A stretch of DNA of 64,000 bases from Verrucomicrobiota bacterium (lineage in GTDB: Bacteria; Verrucomicrobiota; Verrucomicrobiia; Limisphaerales; AAA164-E04), in the NCBI GenBank assembly GCA_047947115.1, contig CP170459.1:5632001-5696000 (forward strand), in the 5' to 3' direction. The notes under the pieces were generated by a model that searched no databases, was not told where the DNA came from, and saw nothing but the letters and a program-made list of their open reading frames with translations. A program made the position numbers and the translations under genes. Of the stretch, positions 62,986 through 64,000 are shown one piece after another (the stretch's first letter is position 1; each line of letters opens with the position of its first letter).

Positions 62986-64000
62986 ATGACTGTTGGTTGC
63001 TTAAAGCCACACACCTTGGAACGGTTGTCAGGTATGCTCCTGGCCCTCACGTTTCTCACGGCTTCCATGCCAGCATGGAGCGCGGTAACTCCATGGGACA
63101 AGATTATCCCAAACACGTCATTGAAGTTACCGGACCAACCAAAGTGGCTGAACTATGCGACCCGTAATCGTTTTCCGAACCTGAGCTTTGATCAACCGGT
63201 TCAGATTGTTTTTCAATCAACGTTTGAAGATGGTTTCTTTGTGGTGGAGAAACCTGGCATCATCCGCCTTGTCCAACATCGTGAACAATCCGAATCGACC
63301 CCTTTTCTCGACTTACGTGATCGCGTTTACAATTTCTCCGAATCGGGCCTGTTGTCGATGGCATTTCATCCAAACTTTCATGAAAACGGCCGTTTCTTTG
63401 TTTTCTACACCGCCAGGGAAAGCATCGACAGAACCTTCTTTTATTACAACCGACTCTCAGAATTCAAAGTCGATCCCAACTTTCCCAGTCAGGCATTGAA
63501 GGAGTCTGAAAAGTTATTGATCAACCTGCCCGACCGACATCACGACCACAACGGAGGAGGCATGTTGTTCGGTCCGGACGGCTATTTGTACCTAAGCATC
63601 GGGGATGAAGGCAGGTTTTATGATTTCTTCGGACACGGCCAAAAACTAACCCGCGACCTGTTCGCGGGCATGTTGAGAATCGATGTGGACAAGAAACCGG
63701 GCAATCCCCCCCCCGCTCCGCATGCAGCGGTGACGGATGGATACGCCATCCCCGCGGACAACCCGTTCGTAGGAATCGAATCCTATCGCGGTCAGGATTT
63801 GGAAACGGACAAACTGCGTACTGAATTCTACGCGATCGGAATGCGCAACCCATGGCGCTTCGTTTTCGATCCTCTTACCGGCAAACTCTACTCAGGCGAC
63901 ACAGGTGACCATACACGCGAAGAGATCAATGAGATCGTTTCCGGCGGCAATTATGGTTGGCCACACAGGGAAGGCAGCCTGCCGGGACCACCCGATCACG
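62986..64000 (+). CDS. PQQ-dependent sugar (glucose/sorbosone) dehydrogenase family, truncated at window edge
   Basis: Not in ORF track. Manual translation: FPNLSFDQPV, FVVEKPG, ESGLLSMAFHPNF, HNGGGMLFGPDGYLYLSIGDEG, YAIPADNPF, IGMRNPWRF, REEIN..GGNYGWP. Start uncertain (frame open from ATG 62866). Confidence 0.88.
   Translation, partial: MTVGCLKPHTLERLSGMLLALTFLTASMPAWSAVTPWDKIIPNTSLKLPDQPKWLNYATRNRFPNLSFDQPVQIVFQSTFEDGFFVVEKPGIIRLVQHREQSESTPFLDLRDRVYNFSESGLLSMAFHPNFHENGRFFVFYTARESIDRTFFYYNRLSEFKVDPNFPSQALKESEKLLINLPDRHHDHNGGGMLFGPDGYLYLSIGDEGRFYDFFGHGQKLTRDLFAGMLRIDVDKKPGNPPPAPHAAVTDGYAIPADNPFVGIESYRGQDLETDKLRTEFYAIGMRNPWRFVFDPLTGKLYSGDTGDHTREEINEIVSGGNYGWPHREGSLPGPPDH

Noticed and set aside
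1..64000. CRISPR arrays, rRNA, IS or prophage genes
   Set aside because: No regularly spaced direct repeats or transposase, integrase or phage motifs seen by eye.

Overview
A 64-kb stretch of ordinary bacterial chromosome, densely coding, with GC-rich genes and AT-richer spacers. Gene content points to the PVC superphylum, probably Verrucomicrobiota (inference). It includes three DUF1549/DUF1553 + DUF1501 modules, three Cys-type sulfatases, a prepilin-type H-X9-DG protein, an FG-GAP/ASPIC-UnbV protein, a PA14 multiheme cytochrome, rho, an RlmD/TrmA-type methyltransferase, mobA and manA-manB. I found no rRNA, tRNA, CRISPR array, transposase or prophage. The best candidate for an undescribed system is a self-contained two-gene operon at 58819-62743: an orphan secretin with a long novel C-terminal extension, coupled to an MscS channel carrying a cyclic-nucleotide-binding domain. 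Other highlights are a Rho with a (Gly-Pro-Lys)n tail replacing its N-terminal helical domain, a perfect terminator 11 nt before a WYL regulator, a sulfatase-amidohydrolase fusion, a sigma54-type promoter ahead of a HYR/lectin protein, and MITE/REP-like inverted repeats. All calls come from reading motifs by eye; no database search was run.
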